From Streptomyces sp. enrichment culture (GTDB lineage Bacteria; Actinomycetota; Actinomycetes; Streptomycetales; Streptomycetaceae), in assembly GCF_964273255.1 (NCBI RefSeq), contig NZ_OZ186835.1, positions 1,555,413-1,619,412 of the forward strand: a DNA stretch of 64,000 nucleotides, read 5' to 3'. Of the stretch, positions 1 through 9,390 are shown one piece after another (within the stretch, counting starts at the first letter, position 1; each line of letters starts with the position of its first letter). Both the position numbers and the translations under genes were made by a program. Below the pieces are notes generated by a model. It saw only the letters and a program-made list of their open reading frames with translations. It did no database searches and was not told where the DNA came from.

Positions 1-1275
1 ATCCTGCTCCTCCGGCTCGTCCGGGCGGGTGCGGACGACCAGCAGGGCGGCGCCGAGCGCGACGGCCACGAGGGCGCCGAAGACGGTGGCGATGCCCGCG
101 TCGCCGGCCAGGGCGAGGCCCGCGCCGCCGAGGGCCGCGCCGGCGAAGACGCCGAGGCTCTGCCCCGCCGCGTTCAGGCTCAGCGCGGCGCCGCGCCGGG
201 CTCCGCAGCGCCGCACGAGCAGGCTCACGGCGCAGGCGGCGACGACGGCGTGGCTCGCGGCGTGCAGCGCGGTGAGCGCGAGGGCGAGCGGCAACCGGTC
301 GGTGGCGTAGAAGGCGACGACCGAGGCCAGGGACGTCAACAGGCCCACGACGAGGAGCCGTTCGGTGCTCAGGCGGGGGGTGGCGGAGTTGGTGATCCGT
401 CCGGTGAGCAGGTTGCTGACGAAGTACGCGGTGCCGCTGAGCGTCCACACGAGGGCGAAGACGGCGGGGCCGAGCCCGAACCGTTCGTCGTAGTGGGCGG
501 CCAGGTAGGCGAGGTACCCCATGAACACGGCGGTGCGCAGCAGGGAGACGAGCAGCAGCGGCACCGCGCCGGGGACGGCCACGAGTCCGCGGAACGAGGC
601 CAGGTAGCCGGGGTGCCGGGCGGCCTCGGCACCCGGGCGGTCCCCGTCCGCCTCGCGCCGGCCGCGGGTCAGGACGACCGCGGCGAGCACGAGGCAGGCG
701 GCGGCCACGGCGAGGAGGTCGCCCTGCCAGCCCCACAACAGGGCGGGCAGCGCGACGGCCGGTGCGGCGAGCATCGCGGTCATCGACTGGGTGGCGGTGA
801 CCAGGGTCGCCGCCCGCCCGGCCGCCGGCCCGTCGCCGTACCGGTCGGCGGCCGCGGCGGTGAGGGCCGGGTTCAGTACGGCGGTGCTCGCGCCGACGAG
901 CAGGCAGAAGGCGGCCAGCAGCACGAAGTCGCCGCTCGCGCCCAGCGCCGCCGACGCGCCGAGGACGACGAGCGCGCCCGCCGCCGCCCGGTCGCGGCGC
1001 ACCCGGTCGAGGAACGGGGCGAGGGCGGTGCCGACCAGGAGGGCGGCCAGCCCGCCGAGTCCGCGCAGGCCGCCGACGGCGGCGACGCCGCTGCCGGCGC
1101 GGTCGGCGATGGGGACGAGGTAGGTGCTGAAGACGGTGAACGGCAGCAGTCCGACGGCGGAGGCCAGCAGTACCGGCCACAGGGCGCGGGCCATCACGAG
1201 GTCGCCCGGCAGGGGGTCCTTGCCCGGCGAAGTCCCCGCGCCCGCCCCGGGGTTGCGGGAGGCGTCGGTGTTCAC
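1..1275 (-). CDS. MFS transporter (3' end runs off the window)
   Basis: Minus-strand frame not in the ORF track. GTG at 1275 overlaps the upstream TGA (GTGA). Translation (MARALWPVLLASAVGLLPFTVFSTYLVPIADRAG...) gives serial hydrophobic TM helices typical of MFS. Confidence 0.8.
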   Translation of the reverse strand, partial: MNTDASRNPGAGAGTSPGKDPLPGDLVMARALWPVLLASAVGLLPFTVFSTYLVPIADRAGSGVAAVGGLRGLGGLAALLVGTALAPFLDRVRRDRAAAGALVVLGASAALGASGDFVLLAAFCLLVGASTAVLNPALTAAAADRYGDGPAAGRAATLVTATQSMTAMLAAPAVALPALLWGWQGDLLAVAAACLVLAAVVLTRGRREADGDRPGAEAARHPGYLASFRGLVAVPGAVPLLLVSLLRTAVFMGYLAYLAAHYDERFGLGPAVFALVWTLSGTAYFVSNLLTGRITNSATPRLSTERLLVVGLLTSLASVVAFYATDRLPLALALTALHAASHAVVAACAVSLLVRRCGARRGAALSLNAAGQSLGVFAGAALGGAGLALAGDAGIATVFGALVAVALGAALLVVRTRPDEPEEQD

Positions 1276-2123
1276 GGGCCGTCCTCGCCGGGGAGTGCGG
1301 GGGCCGGGCGGCCGGTCCGGTAGCGGTACATCGTCGTGGGCTCGGCGCTGAACTGGGAGAACGGGAAGGGCTCGGCGTTCAGGGCGGTGACGCCGCGGGA
1401 GAGGAAGGCGCGGGCGACGGCGCTGCCGGTCTGGGCGTAGACGACGAGGGGGACGTCCTGGTCCCGGCAGTGTTCGAGGACGAGGTCGAAGGTGCCGTTG
1501 CTCAGGGTCATGCCGGTGGCGACGACGGCGTCGGCCGCGGCGAGCACCTCGGTCATGTCGTCGGTGACCGGCTCGCCCCACTGCGTGGTGCGCAGGTTGA
1601 GGTCGCAGGGCAGGCAGACGCCGCCCCGCTCGTGTATCGCGGTGATGAGCGGGTTGACCACGCCGATGAGGGCGACCTTGGCGCCCGGCGCGATGTCGAG
1701 CAGGGAGGCGACGGCGGCGTCCCGGGCGCGGGCCCGGACCTCCGGGGTGCCGGCGGGCAGGGCGACGGGTTCGGCGCCGGGCGCCTCCCGGTGGGGTGTG
1801 ACGTGGGACAGGTAGGCGTCGAGCGCGGCGGTCCGGACGGGGGTCGCCGGGTGCCGCAGCAGCGCGGCGAGGGTGTGTCCGGAGGCGTTCTCGCAGATGT
1901 CGGGGGCGAGTTCGCCGGCCTCGAAGGCGCAGGCGCCGAAGACGGGTCCGGTCCGCAGAACGAAGTAGTGGTTGTGGTAGGTGACATCGCCGCCGGCCAG
2001 CCGGGTGGTGTGGTAGATCCGGAAGGCGCTGGTGACGTGCAGGGCGTGGGGGTCGGGTCCGTGGGCGCCGGCCAGGACGGCGTCGGTCAGGGCGGCCACG
2101 GTGCGCGGCTCGGGGTGGGGCAT
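1272..2123 (-). CDS. DUF364-like Rossmann-fold (putative heavy-metal chelation) protein
   Basis: 283 aa. KVALIGVVNP, LPCDLN and ADAVVATGMTLSNGTFD resemble DUF364 proteins. Tightly coupled to its neighbours. Confidence 0.7.
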   Translation of the reverse strand: MPHPEPRTVAALTDAVLAGAHGPDPHALHVTSAFRIYHTTRLAGGDVTYHNHYFVLRTGPVFGACAFEAGELAPDICENASGHTLAALLRHPATPVRTAALDAYLSHVTPHREAPGAEPVALPAGTPEVRARARDAAVASLLDIAPGAKVALIGVVNPLITAIHERGGVCLPCDLNLRTTQWGEPVTDDMTEVLAAADAVVATGMTLSNGTFDLVLEHCRDQDVPLVVYAQTGSAVARAFLSRGVTALNAEPFPFSQFSAEPTTMYRYRTGRPAPALPGEDGP

Positions 2124-2124
2124 G

Positions 2125-3150
2125 TCAGTCTCTCCGGTCGGCGGGGCGGGGGGAGTCCGGCAGGCGCAGGTCGGCTCGGGCCGCGGTGGACCAGGGGCGC
2201 CGCAGGTCGCGCAGGTCGGTGATCTCGTGCGGTTTCAGGGCGTCGGGGTCCTTCGCCTCGCGGTGCCGGGCGTAGGCGTCGTCGACGTAGCGGTGGCCGG
2301 TGTCGGGCGCGATGAAGACGTGGGTGCGGGCGCCGTCCCGGCGGCGTTCCCAGTGGGCGGCGAGGTGGGCGGCACCGGTGGACAGGCCGGCGAAGATGCC
2401 GGTGTCCCGGAGCAGTTGGACGGCACCGGAGAGGGCGCAGTCGAAGCCGACCCAGTGGATCCGGTCGTAGAGCGCGTGGCGGACGTTGCGGAACTCGATG
2501 GCGCTGCCGATCCCGGCGATGATCATGTCGGGGTCCGTCACGTGCTGCGCGCCGAAGGTGACGCTCCCGAAGGGCTGGACGCCGACCAGCGACACGTCGC
2601 GGCCGGCCTCGCGCAGCCAGGTGGCGAGGGCACCGGTGGAGGCGCCGGAACCGACTCCGCCCACCAGCGTCAGGGGGACGCCGGGGATCTCCCGGTCGAT
2701 CCGTGCGGCCACTTCGCGGTAGCCGAGGTAGTGGATGTCGTCGTGGTACTGGCGCATCCAGTGGTACGTGGGGTTGCGGTCCAGGATCTCGGCGACGCGC
2801 CGCACCCGGGACTCCTGGTCGAGGCGCAGGTCCTGGGAGGGCCGGACCTGTTCCAGGGTGGCGCCGAGGATCTCCAGCTGGACGCGCAGGGTGTGGTCGA
2901 CGGTGGTGGAGCCCACGATGTGGCACTTCATCCCGTACCGGTGGCAGGCGAGGGCGAGCGCGTGGGCGTAGATGCCGCTGGAGCTGTCGACGAGCGTGTC
3001 ACCGGGGCGGACGGCGCCGGTCTCCAGGAGGTGGCGCACCGCCCCGAGGGCCGAGTGGAGCTTCATGCTCTCGAAGCGGAGACACACCAAGTCCGGTTGC
3101 AGCGAGATGAGATCCGGTCTCTTGACCGCCTCCGCGATGTGCGGGTCCAT
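2125..3150 (-). CDS. Cysteine synthase/SbnA-like fold-type II PLP enzyme
   Basis: 341 aa. PLP Lys in FESMKLHSA, substrate loop DSSSG, YHWMRQY, phosphate loop VGGVGSGAST. Confidence 0.85.
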   Translation of the reverse strand: MDPHIAEAVKRPDLISLQPDLVCLRFESMKLHSALGAVRHLLETGAVRPGDTLVDSSSGIYAHALALACHRYGMKCHIVGSTTVDHTLRVQLEILGATLEQVRPSQDLRLDQESRVRRVAEILDRNPTYHWMRQYHDDIHYLGYREVAARIDREIPGVPLTLVGGVGSGASTGALATWLREAGRDVSLVGVQPFGSVTFGAQHVTDPDMIIAGIGSAIEFRNVRHALYDRIHWVGFDCALSGAVQLLRDTGIFAGLSTGAAHLAAHWERRRDGARTHVFIAPDTGHRYVDDAYARHREAKDPDALKPHEITDLRDLRRPWSTAARADLRLPDSPRPADRRD

Positions 3151-3202
3151 GCCGGTCCTCCTGTCTGGTCGGCGACGGGACCGGCGTGAGCATCACATCA
3201 AA

Positions 3203-3217
3203 TGAAAATGATTGTCA
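3203..3217. promoter_or_regulatory. Zur-box-like 7-1-7 dyad TGAAAAT-G-ATTGTCA
   Basis: AT-rich imperfect palindrome in the divergent intergenic region; one mismatch to the Streptomyces Zur consensus TGAAAATGATTTTCA as I recall it. Confidence 0.7.
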
Positions 3218-3292
3218 ACATCGAAAGAGTCGGTAGCACGAGCGCCGGCCAGCGGACGGAACCCGGGGTTGCCCACTCCGGCCCCACTCGCG

Positions 3293-3307
3293 TACAAATG
3301 ATTTTCA
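3293..3307. promoter_or_regulatory. Second Zur-box-like dyad TACAAAT-G-ATTTTCA
   Basis: Right half is a perfect match to the same consensus; lies 10 nt before the kinase ATG. Confidence 0.55.
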
Positions 3308-3316
3308 CTTTCATCT

Positions 3317-4258
3317 ATGACGGCTGACACCCCATCACGGAGGACTCGCGTGCGCACCGGAGTGGGTACCGCCCACGGCACCTTCGGCGAACTGCTGCAG
3401 GGCGTACTGCCGGAGAGGGACGGGGACTTCCTGGTCACCCTGCCGGTGGCGCGCTGGACGAGAGCGGTCTTCCGGCCGGACCCGGCGGCCACCGGCGTGG
3501 TGGTGCGGCCGGCCGGGAAGCGCAAGGCCCTGCGGCTGGCCCGCCTCCTGCTCGCCGAGGCCCCGCGGCCGGCCGGCGGGGTGCTCACGGTCAGCAGCCT
3601 GCTGCCGGAGGGCAAAGGGCTGGCCAGTTCGTCCGCCGATCTGGTCGCCACCGCGCGGGCCATGGGGCAGGCGCTCGGCCTGGCGATGCCCGCCGCCCGG
3701 ATCGAGCGGCTCCTGGCCCGCATCGAGCCCACCGACGGCGTGCTGCATCCCGGCATCGTCGCCTTCCACCACCGCAGCGTGCGGCTGCGGGCGGTGCTCG
3801 GGTCACTGCCGCCGATGGCCGTGGTGGGCGTGGACGAGGGCGGCGCGGTCGACACGGTCGCCTTCAACCGCCTCCCGAAGCCGTTCACGGCGGCCGACCG
3901 GCGCGAGTACGCGCGCCTGCTGGACCGGCTCACCCTCGCCGTGCGCGCCCAGGACCTCGCCGCGGTGGGCCGGATCGCCACCCGCAGCGCGCGGATGAAC
4001 CAGGCGCTGCGCCCGAAACGGCTGCTGGACCCGCTGTGCGAGATCTGCCGCGAGGTCGGCGGTCTGGGCGTCGCGGTCGGCCACAGCGGGACGGCCCTGG
4101 GTGTGCTGCTGGACACCGCGGACCCGGCGTACACCCACCGCGCGACCGCGGCGGCGCAGGCGTGCGCGGGTCTCGCGCACGGCGTGACGGTCTACCGGAC
4201 GCTCGGCTTCTCCGGACCCGTCCGGCCCGTCGCCCCTCCCCCGCCGGTGCCCGCCTGA
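3317..4258 (+). CDS. GHMP-family kinase (PduX/L-threonine kinase-like)
   Basis: GTFGELLQG N-terminal motif, PEGKGLASSSAD ATP-binding loop, C-terminal GHSGT. Confidence 0.85.
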   Translation: MTADTPSRRTRVRTGVGTAHGTFGELLQGVLPERDGDFLVTLPVARWTRAVFRPDPAATGVVVRPAGKRKALRLARLLLAEAPRPAGGVLTVSSLLPEGKGLASSSADLVATARAMGQALGLAMPAARIERLLARIEPTDGVLHPGIVAFHHRSVRLRAVLGSLPPMAVVGVDEGGAVDTVAFNRLPKPFTAADRREYARLLDRLTLAVRAQDLAAVGRIATRSARMNQALRPKRLLDPLCEICREVGGLGVAVGHSGTALGVLLDTADPAYTHRATAAAQACAGLAHGVTVYRTLGFSGPVRPVAPPPPVPA

Positions 4259-4263
4259 AAAAG

Positions 4264-4301
4264 CCGCCGCCCACGTCCCCGGCGGGGGTCGTGGGCGGCG
4301 G
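4264..4301. terminator. Hairpin between convergent genes
   Basis: 12-bp stem CCGCCGCCCACG/CGTGGGCGGCGG just after the kinase stop. Confidence 0.6.
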
Positions 4302-4338
4302 TGGGGGCGGCGCGGGGCCGGCGACGGGCGTCGAGGGT

Positions 4339-5655
4339 CTACGCCGCGTCGCTGCCGGTCGCCGCCAGGGCACCTCCCCCGGTCTCCTCAGGGGCGGCCG
4401 AGGACAGCGGGATCGGGGTGAACAGGGGCGGCTCCTCGTCGGGAGTCAGGGCGGTGGGACCGTACACCCAGTCGGTGAAGTGGTAGTCGTAGGTGTCCCG
4501 GGCCCGCATGATCGCGTTGCGGCGCAGCCGCGGCTCCCCGTCGAGGTGCCACAGTTCGCCCCAGGCGCGGGCGGTGGTCTGGACGCGGCGGCAGTGCTCC
4601 ACCCGGACCGCCTGGTACGCGGCGAGCGCGTCCTCCCACGCGGGTCGGGTGCCCTCGGGGGCTGCCCCGGCCAGCCGCGCGTAGTGCTCGGCGAGCACCC
4701 AGCCGTCCTCGATGGCCATGATCGCGCCCTGCGCCATGTACTGCAGCGGCGGGTGCGCGGCGTCGCCGAGCAGGACGACGCGGCCGTGGACCCAGGTGTC
4801 GACCGGGTCCCGGTCGAACATCCGCCACCAGCGGTCCCGCCACATCAGCGGGATGCCCTTGCGCACGGGGTCGCAGGTCGCCTCGAAGGCGGCGTCCAGC
4901 TCGTCCGGGGTGCCCCAGTCCTCCTGGCCGGCCAGGGCCTTGGGCGACTCGAACACGGCGACCTGGTTGAACATGTCGCCGCCGCGCAGGGCGTACTGGA
5001 CGAAGTGGCAGCGCGGGCCGACGTACACGGTGACGTCGTTCTCCGCGATGCCGTTGTCCCGGACCTGCTCGATCGGCACGGCCGCCCGGTAGGCGACGTA
5101 GCTGGAGCTGACCACGTCGTCGCCGATCAGCTTGGTGCGCGCCACGGAGTTCAGGCCGTCCGCGGCGATCACCAGGGGAGCTTCCTCGGTGCTGCCGTCC
5201 GCCAGGCGCACCAGGGCGCCGTCCGCGGTCTGCTCGTAGTCGACGACCGTGCGGTCGGTGAGCAGTTCGACCCCGGCGCGCTCGCAGGCGCGCAGGAAGA
5301 TGCCGTGCAGGTCGCTGCGGTGGATGACCATGTACGGGAACCCGTAGCGGCGTTCCAGGTCGCGCAGGTCCAGCCGGGTCAGCTCGCTGGAGTCGAGGGC
5401 GTCGCGCATCACCATGGCGTCCGGCACGACGCCGAGTGCGCGGGCCTCGTCGAGGAGACCGTACTCGTCGAGGATGCGCGTGCAGTTGGGTGCGATCTGC
5501 AGGCCCGCGCCGACCTCGCCGAACGCCGGGGCCCGCTCCAGGACACGGACCCGCAGCCCCTGGCGGGACAGGGCGAAGGCGGCGCCGAGGCCGCCGATGC
5601 CGCCGCCGACCACGAGGACGTCGGGCCGCCCGGCGGGGGTGGGTTCAGGATTCAT
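4339..5655 (-). CDS. nagX: 3-hydroxybenzoate 6-hydroxylase-like flavoprotein monooxygenase
   Basis: GGGIGG FAD motif, DG motif, GDAAHPPLQYMAQGAIMAIEDG as in actinobacterial 3HB6H. Last gene of the gentisate operon. Confidence 0.8.
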   Translation of the reverse strand: MNPEPTPAGRPDVLVVGGGIGGLGAAFALSRQGLRVRVLERAPAFGEVGAGLQIAPNCTRILDEYGLLDEARALGVVPDAMVMRDALDSSELTRLDLRDLERRYGFPYMVIHRSDLHGIFLRACERAGVELLTDRTVVDYEQTADGALVRLADGSTEEAPLVIAADGLNSVARTKLIGDDVVSSSYVAYRAAVPIEQVRDNGIAENDVTVYVGPRCHFVQYALRGGDMFNQVAVFESPKALAGQEDWGTPDELDAAFEATCDPVRKGIPLMWRDRWWRMFDRDPVDTWVHGRVVLLGDAAHPPLQYMAQGAIMAIEDGWVLAEHYARLAGAAPEGTRPAWEDALAAYQAVRVEHCRRVQTTARAWGELWHLDGEPRLRRNAIMRARDTYDYHFTDWVYGPTALTPDEEPPLFTPIPLSSAAPEETGGGALAATGSDAA

Positions 5656-5686
5656 GATCGGTTCCTTACGGTTCGCGGACCCCTGG

Positions 5687-6397
5687 TCAGAGCCAGGCGC
5701 CCAGCGTGGGGGCGGGGCTTCCGTCGGCGGTGCGCGGCACGGCGCCCCGTCCGGTGAGGTAGGCCGCGAGGTCCGGCAACGTGCCCTCGACCAGGGCGGG
5801 TTCGCCGTCGCCGGGCAGGTTCCAGGTGGTGTCGCCGGCCGGCACCCGCAGGGTCACGGCCGGACCGGGGGCGGCGGAGCGCTTGGCCACGACGTCGTCG
5901 CAGAGGGCGGCCAGGAAGTCCTCCTGCAGGTCCCCGAAGGTGACGCCGGCCGCCAGGTCGACGGCGTGCACGCACACCTCCCGGGACCGCAGCCAGGGCA
6001 CCTCGGTAGCCGGCACCGTCCTGCCCTGCGCGGTGACCACCTCGCGGCGCCACTGTTCGTCGCCGAGCGCGGCCATGCCCTCCTCCAGCGCCCGTGCCGA
6101 GGAACGCAGCCACGCGGTCAGCTCGGCGGCGGGCAGGGCCCGGCCCCGCTCGAGGCCGGCGGCGCGCTCCTCGGGGGAGGCGTACATGGGGGTGGGCTCG
6201 CCGGTGGCAGCCCAGTGGACCAGGTTGGACAGCGCCTCAGCGTTGGCGGCGACGTGGGCGGCCAGGTGGGCCCGGCTCCAGCCCGGCAGCGTGCTGGGTC
6301 CGGCGAAGGCGGCGGCGTCGAGACCGTCGGCGGCCTTCAGCAGCAGCTCCGTGCCGTGCCTGCTCCAGTCGCGGGCCTGGTCGAAGGTGCGGGCCAT
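5687..6397 (-). CDS. nagL: Mycothiol-dependent maleylpyruvate isomerase family protein
   Basis: PSTLPGWSRAHLAAHV and REVCVHAVDL metal-binding motifs; gentisate operon context. Confidence 0.85.
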   Translation of the reverse strand: MARTFDQARDWSRHGTELLLKAADGLDAAAFAGPSTLPGWSRAHLAAHVAANAEALSNLVHWAATGEPTPMYASPEERAAGLERGRALPAAELTAWLRSSARALEEGMAALGDEQWRREVVTAQGRTVPATEVPWLRSREVCVHAVDLAAGVTFGDLQEDFLAALCDDVVAKRSAAPGPAVTLRVPAGDTTWNLPGDGEPALVEGTLPDLAAYLTGRGAVPRTADGSPAPTLGAWL

Positions 6398-7245
6398 CAG
6401 GCGGACTTCTCCTTGACGACCGTGTTCTCCAGGCGGCCGATGCCCTGGATCTCGGTGACGATCCGCTCGCCGCCGAGGAGGTAGCGGGCGGGCTTGCGGG
6501 CGTGGCCGACGCCGCCGGGGGTGCCGGTGGCGATGATGTCACCGGGGTTCAGCCGGGTGATGGTCGAGACGTACTCGATCAGGTCGACCGGGTCGAACAG
6601 CAGGTCGCCGGTGGTGTCGGACTGCATCACCTCGCCGTCGACGGTGAGCGTGACGTCGAGGGCGGGGCGGACGCCGCCCGGCAGCTCGTCGGGGGTCACC
6701 AGGTACGGGCCGACCGGCGTGGTGGAGTCCCACATCTTGCCCTGGAGCCACTCGCGGGTGCGGAACTGCCAGTCCCGGCAGGTGATGTCGTTGAGCACGG
6801 TGAAACCGGCGACGGCCTGCTCGGCCTCCTCGCCGCGGGCCCGGCGCACGCCCTTGCCGACGACGACCGCGAGCTCGACCTCCCAGTCGAACTGCTCGGT
6901 CTCGCCGGGCCGGACGATGTCGTCGCCGGCGCCGATCAGAGAGTCCGCGAACTTGGCGAACAGGGTGGGGTGTTCGGGCAGGTCGCGGCCCATCTCCTGG
7001 ATGTGGTTGCGGTAGTTGAGGCCGACGCACACCACCTTGGAGGGGGTCGGCACCACGGGGGCGAAGTCGGCGCCCGCCACCGGGTAGCTGGTGGCGCCGT
7101 CGGAGGTGACGGCGGCCGCGCGCCCGGCCCAGCCCTCCTCGGCGAGCAGGGCGCCCAGGTCGGGGGCGCCGAGGTCGACCAGGACGTCGCCGTCCAGCTT
7201 CACGGCGCGGGTGGTGCCGCCGGTGCGGAGGGTGGCGAGCTTCAT
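6397..7245 (-). CDS. nagK: Fumarylacetoacetate hydrolase family (fumarylpyruvate hydrolase)
   Basis: Starts MKLATLRTGG (ATGA overlap). KVVCVGLNY, DWEVEL, LNDITCRD, GDIIATGTPGGVG. Confidence 0.9.
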   Translation of the reverse strand: MKLATLRTGGTTRAVKLDGDVLVDLGAPDLGALLAEEGWAGRAAAVTSDGATSYPVAGADFAPVVPTPSKVVCVGLNYRNHIQEMGRDLPEHPTLFAKFADSLIGAGDDIVRPGETEQFDWEVELAVVVGKGVRRARGEEAEQAVAGFTVLNDITCRDWQFRTREWLQGKMWDSTTPVGPYLVTPDELPGGVRPALDVTLTVDGEVMQSDTTGDLLFDPVDLIEYVSTITRLNPGDIIATGTPGGVGHARKPARYLLGGERIVTEIQGIGRLENTVVKEKSA

Positions 7246-8411
7246 CGGGTGGTTCCTTCCACGTGGGTACGGTCGAGCCGCAGGGCTTCGAAGATCGGCG
7301 AGTCGCTGAACCGGAACAGGTCCAGGGCGCCGGAGTCGGAGTCGGTGGACCCGGCCTCGGAACGGACCGAGAACGGCTGCCAGGAGGGGACGACGAACAG
7401 GTCGCCGCGGCTGACCGACCAGGTGGTGTCGCCGACGGTGACCGTGCCGGAGCCGTCGAAGACCTGGTAGACGGAGGACCCTGTCTCGCGCACCGGGGCC
7501 GTCTCGGTGCCGCGCGCGACGCGGTGCACCTCGGCGCGGATGGTCGGCAGGACGTCGGCGCCGGTCGCCGGGTCGGAGAAGCGGACGGCGGCGTGTCCCG
7601 GCTCGACGGTGCCCCCGTACCCCTCGGCCTCCAGGGCGAGCTGGTCGGCGAGGGCGCGGTCGGTGTGCTCCCAGCGGTAGGCGAGCAGCGGGGAGCCGGG
7701 GCCGGCCGGTGCGGCGCCGACCGGGCGCAGCCCGGGGTGGCCCCACAGCCGCTCGGAGCGCGAACGGTCGGGGGTGATGCGCTCGGCGTCGCTGATCTCG
7801 TCCCGGCCGAACTCGAAGAACTGCGACTCGCTCGTGTACTGGAAGGGGATGTCCAGTCCGTCGATCCAGGCCATCGGCTCGGACGTGGCGTTGTGGTGGG
7901 CGTGCATGTTCCAGCCGGCCTGCGGCAGGAAGTCGCCGCGCCGCATGGCCACCGGGTCGCGGCCGACGACCGTCCACACGCCCTCGCCCTCGACGACGAA
8001 GCGGAAGGCGTGCTGGGTGTGGCGGTGCTCCGGGGCGTCCTCGCCGGGCATCAGGTACTGGATGGCCGCCCACAGCGTCGGGGTGGCGAAGGGCCGCCCG
8101 CCGAGCGAGGGGTTGGCCAGCGCGATGGCGCGGCGCTCGCCGCCGCGGCCGACCGGAACCAGCTCGCCGGCCTGCGCGGCCAGTTCCCGCAGGCGCTCCC
8201 ACCGCCACAGGTGCGGCAGGGCGCGGGACCGCGGGTGGGCCGGCATCAGGTCGCCGATCTCGGTCCACAGGGGGACCAGGAGTTCCTTCTCGAAGCCCCG
8301 GTACAGCTCTTCGAGGGCGGGGGTGACCTCGGGTTGCCCCTCCGCGGCCACGGCTTCGAGCCGGACCGGGGAACCCGTCACCGTGTCGTGGGCGAGGGAG
8401 GAGTGCGTCAT
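7242..8411 (-). CDS. nagI: Gentisate 1,2-dioxygenase (bicupin)
   Basis: ERRAIALANP, TLWAAIQYLMPGEDAPEHRHTQHAFRF, WNMHAHHN, DGLD. Confidence 0.9.
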   Translation of the reverse strand: MTHSSLAHDTVTGSPVRLEAVAAEGQPEVTPALEELYRGFEKELLVPLWTEIGDLMPAHPRSRALPHLWRWERLRELAAQAGELVPVGRGGERRAIALANPSLGGRPFATPTLWAAIQYLMPGEDAPEHRHTQHAFRFVVEGEGVWTVVGRDPVAMRRGDFLPQAGWNMHAHHNATSEPMAWIDGLDIPFQYTSESQFFEFGRDEISDAERITPDRSRSERLWGHPGLRPVGAAPAGPGSPLLAYRWEHTDRALADQLALEAEGYGGTVEPGHAAVRFSDPATGADVLPTIRAEVHRVARGTETAPVRETGSSVYQVFDGSGTVTVGDTTWSVSRGDLFVVPSWQPFSVRSEAGSTDSDSGALDLFRFSDSPIFEALRLDRTHVEGTTR

Positions 8412-8444
8412 GGCCCCAGGGTGCCGTGTGCCTCTCTGAAGAAC

Positions 8445-8471
8445 ATGCGAATTCTGCTGAGCAGAACGCAT
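8445..8471. promoter_or_regulatory. Candidate IclR operator (TTCTGC-TGA-GCAGAA within ATGCG...CGCAT)
   Basis: Extended dyad in the divergent dioxygenase/IclR intergenic region. Confidence 0.55.
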
Positions 8472-8537
8472 GAGAGGATGGCGGGAGACGGAGCGCCCGG
8501 CACCGGGGCGTCCACGACCTCCGGAAGGGCCGACGGG

Positions 8538-9314
8538 ATGGACAAACCGCTCAAGACGCCGCCGCCCTACCCCATCGCCAGCGTGGACCACGCGCTGCGG
8601 GCGGCGACCGTGCTGCAGATGGAGGGCGGCGCGACCGTGTCGCAGATCGCCGAGCGGCTCGGGGTGGCGCGTTCGACCGCGCACCGGCTGCTGGCGATGC
8701 TCGTGTACCGGGACTTCGCCGTGCAGGGCGAGGACCGCGTCTACCGGGCCGGGCCGGTACTGGAACTCGCCGCGCACTCCCAGTCCTTCGTCTCCCGGCT
8801 GCGCGCGGTGGCCCTGCCGCACCTGCAACGGGTCGTCGACCTGCTGGACGAGACGGCGAACCTGATCGTGCGCACCGGGGACACGGCCCGTTTCATCGCC
8901 TCCGTGGAGTGCCGGCAGACCCTGCGGGTGGGCTCCCGGGAGGGCATGGTGTTCCCGGCGCACCGCACGACGGCCGGTCTGCTGCTGCTCGCCGACCTGT
9001 CCGACGAGGAGCTGAGGGACGTCTACGCACCGGAGCGGTACACCGACCGGCCCGGCGAGCGCCCCGACCTGGACGCGCTGCGCACGGAGTTGAAGCGGCT
9101 GCGCCGCAACGGCTGCGCCGTCAACCGGGAGCGGTCGGAACGCGGGCTGGTGGCGGTCGGCGTGCCGGTGCGCGACACCGGCGGCCGGGCGCGGGCGGGC
9201 CTGTCGGTGTCGATGCCGAGCGTGCGGTACGACCCGCAGCGGCTGCGGTCCCTGGTCGCCGTCCTGGACGCCTCGGCACGGGCCGTGGAGCGGGACCTGG
9301 CCGAGGCGGTGTGA
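8538..9314 (+). CDS. IclR family transcriptional regulator
   Basis: SVDHALR...ATVSQIAERLGVARSTAHRLLAML HTH; HRTTAG effector-domain motif; divergent from the gentisate operon. Confidence 0.9.
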   Translation: MDKPLKTPPPYPIASVDHALRAATVLQMEGGATVSQIAERLGVARSTAHRLLAMLVYRDFAVQGEDRVYRAGPVLELAAHSQSFVSRLRAVALPHLQRVVDLLDETANLIVRTGDTARFIASVECRQTLRVGSREGMVFPAHRTTAGLLLLADLSDEELRDVYAPERYTDRPGERPDLDALRTELKRLRRNGCAVNRERSERGLVAVGVPVRDTGGRARAGLSVSMPSVRYDPQRLRSLVAVLDASARAVERDLAEAV

Positions 9315-9390
9315 GCCGCCGCGGCACCCGCGCGCGAAGGGCCGGCCGGGGGACGGTGTCCCCCGGCCGGCCCTGAGGCGTCCTGGGCCG

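Noticed and set aside
3317-4258. Cobalamin biosynthesis locus based on the PduX-like kinase
   Set aside because: No cob/cbi genes are adjacent. The cobalamin riboswitch is 33 kb away and serves metE.
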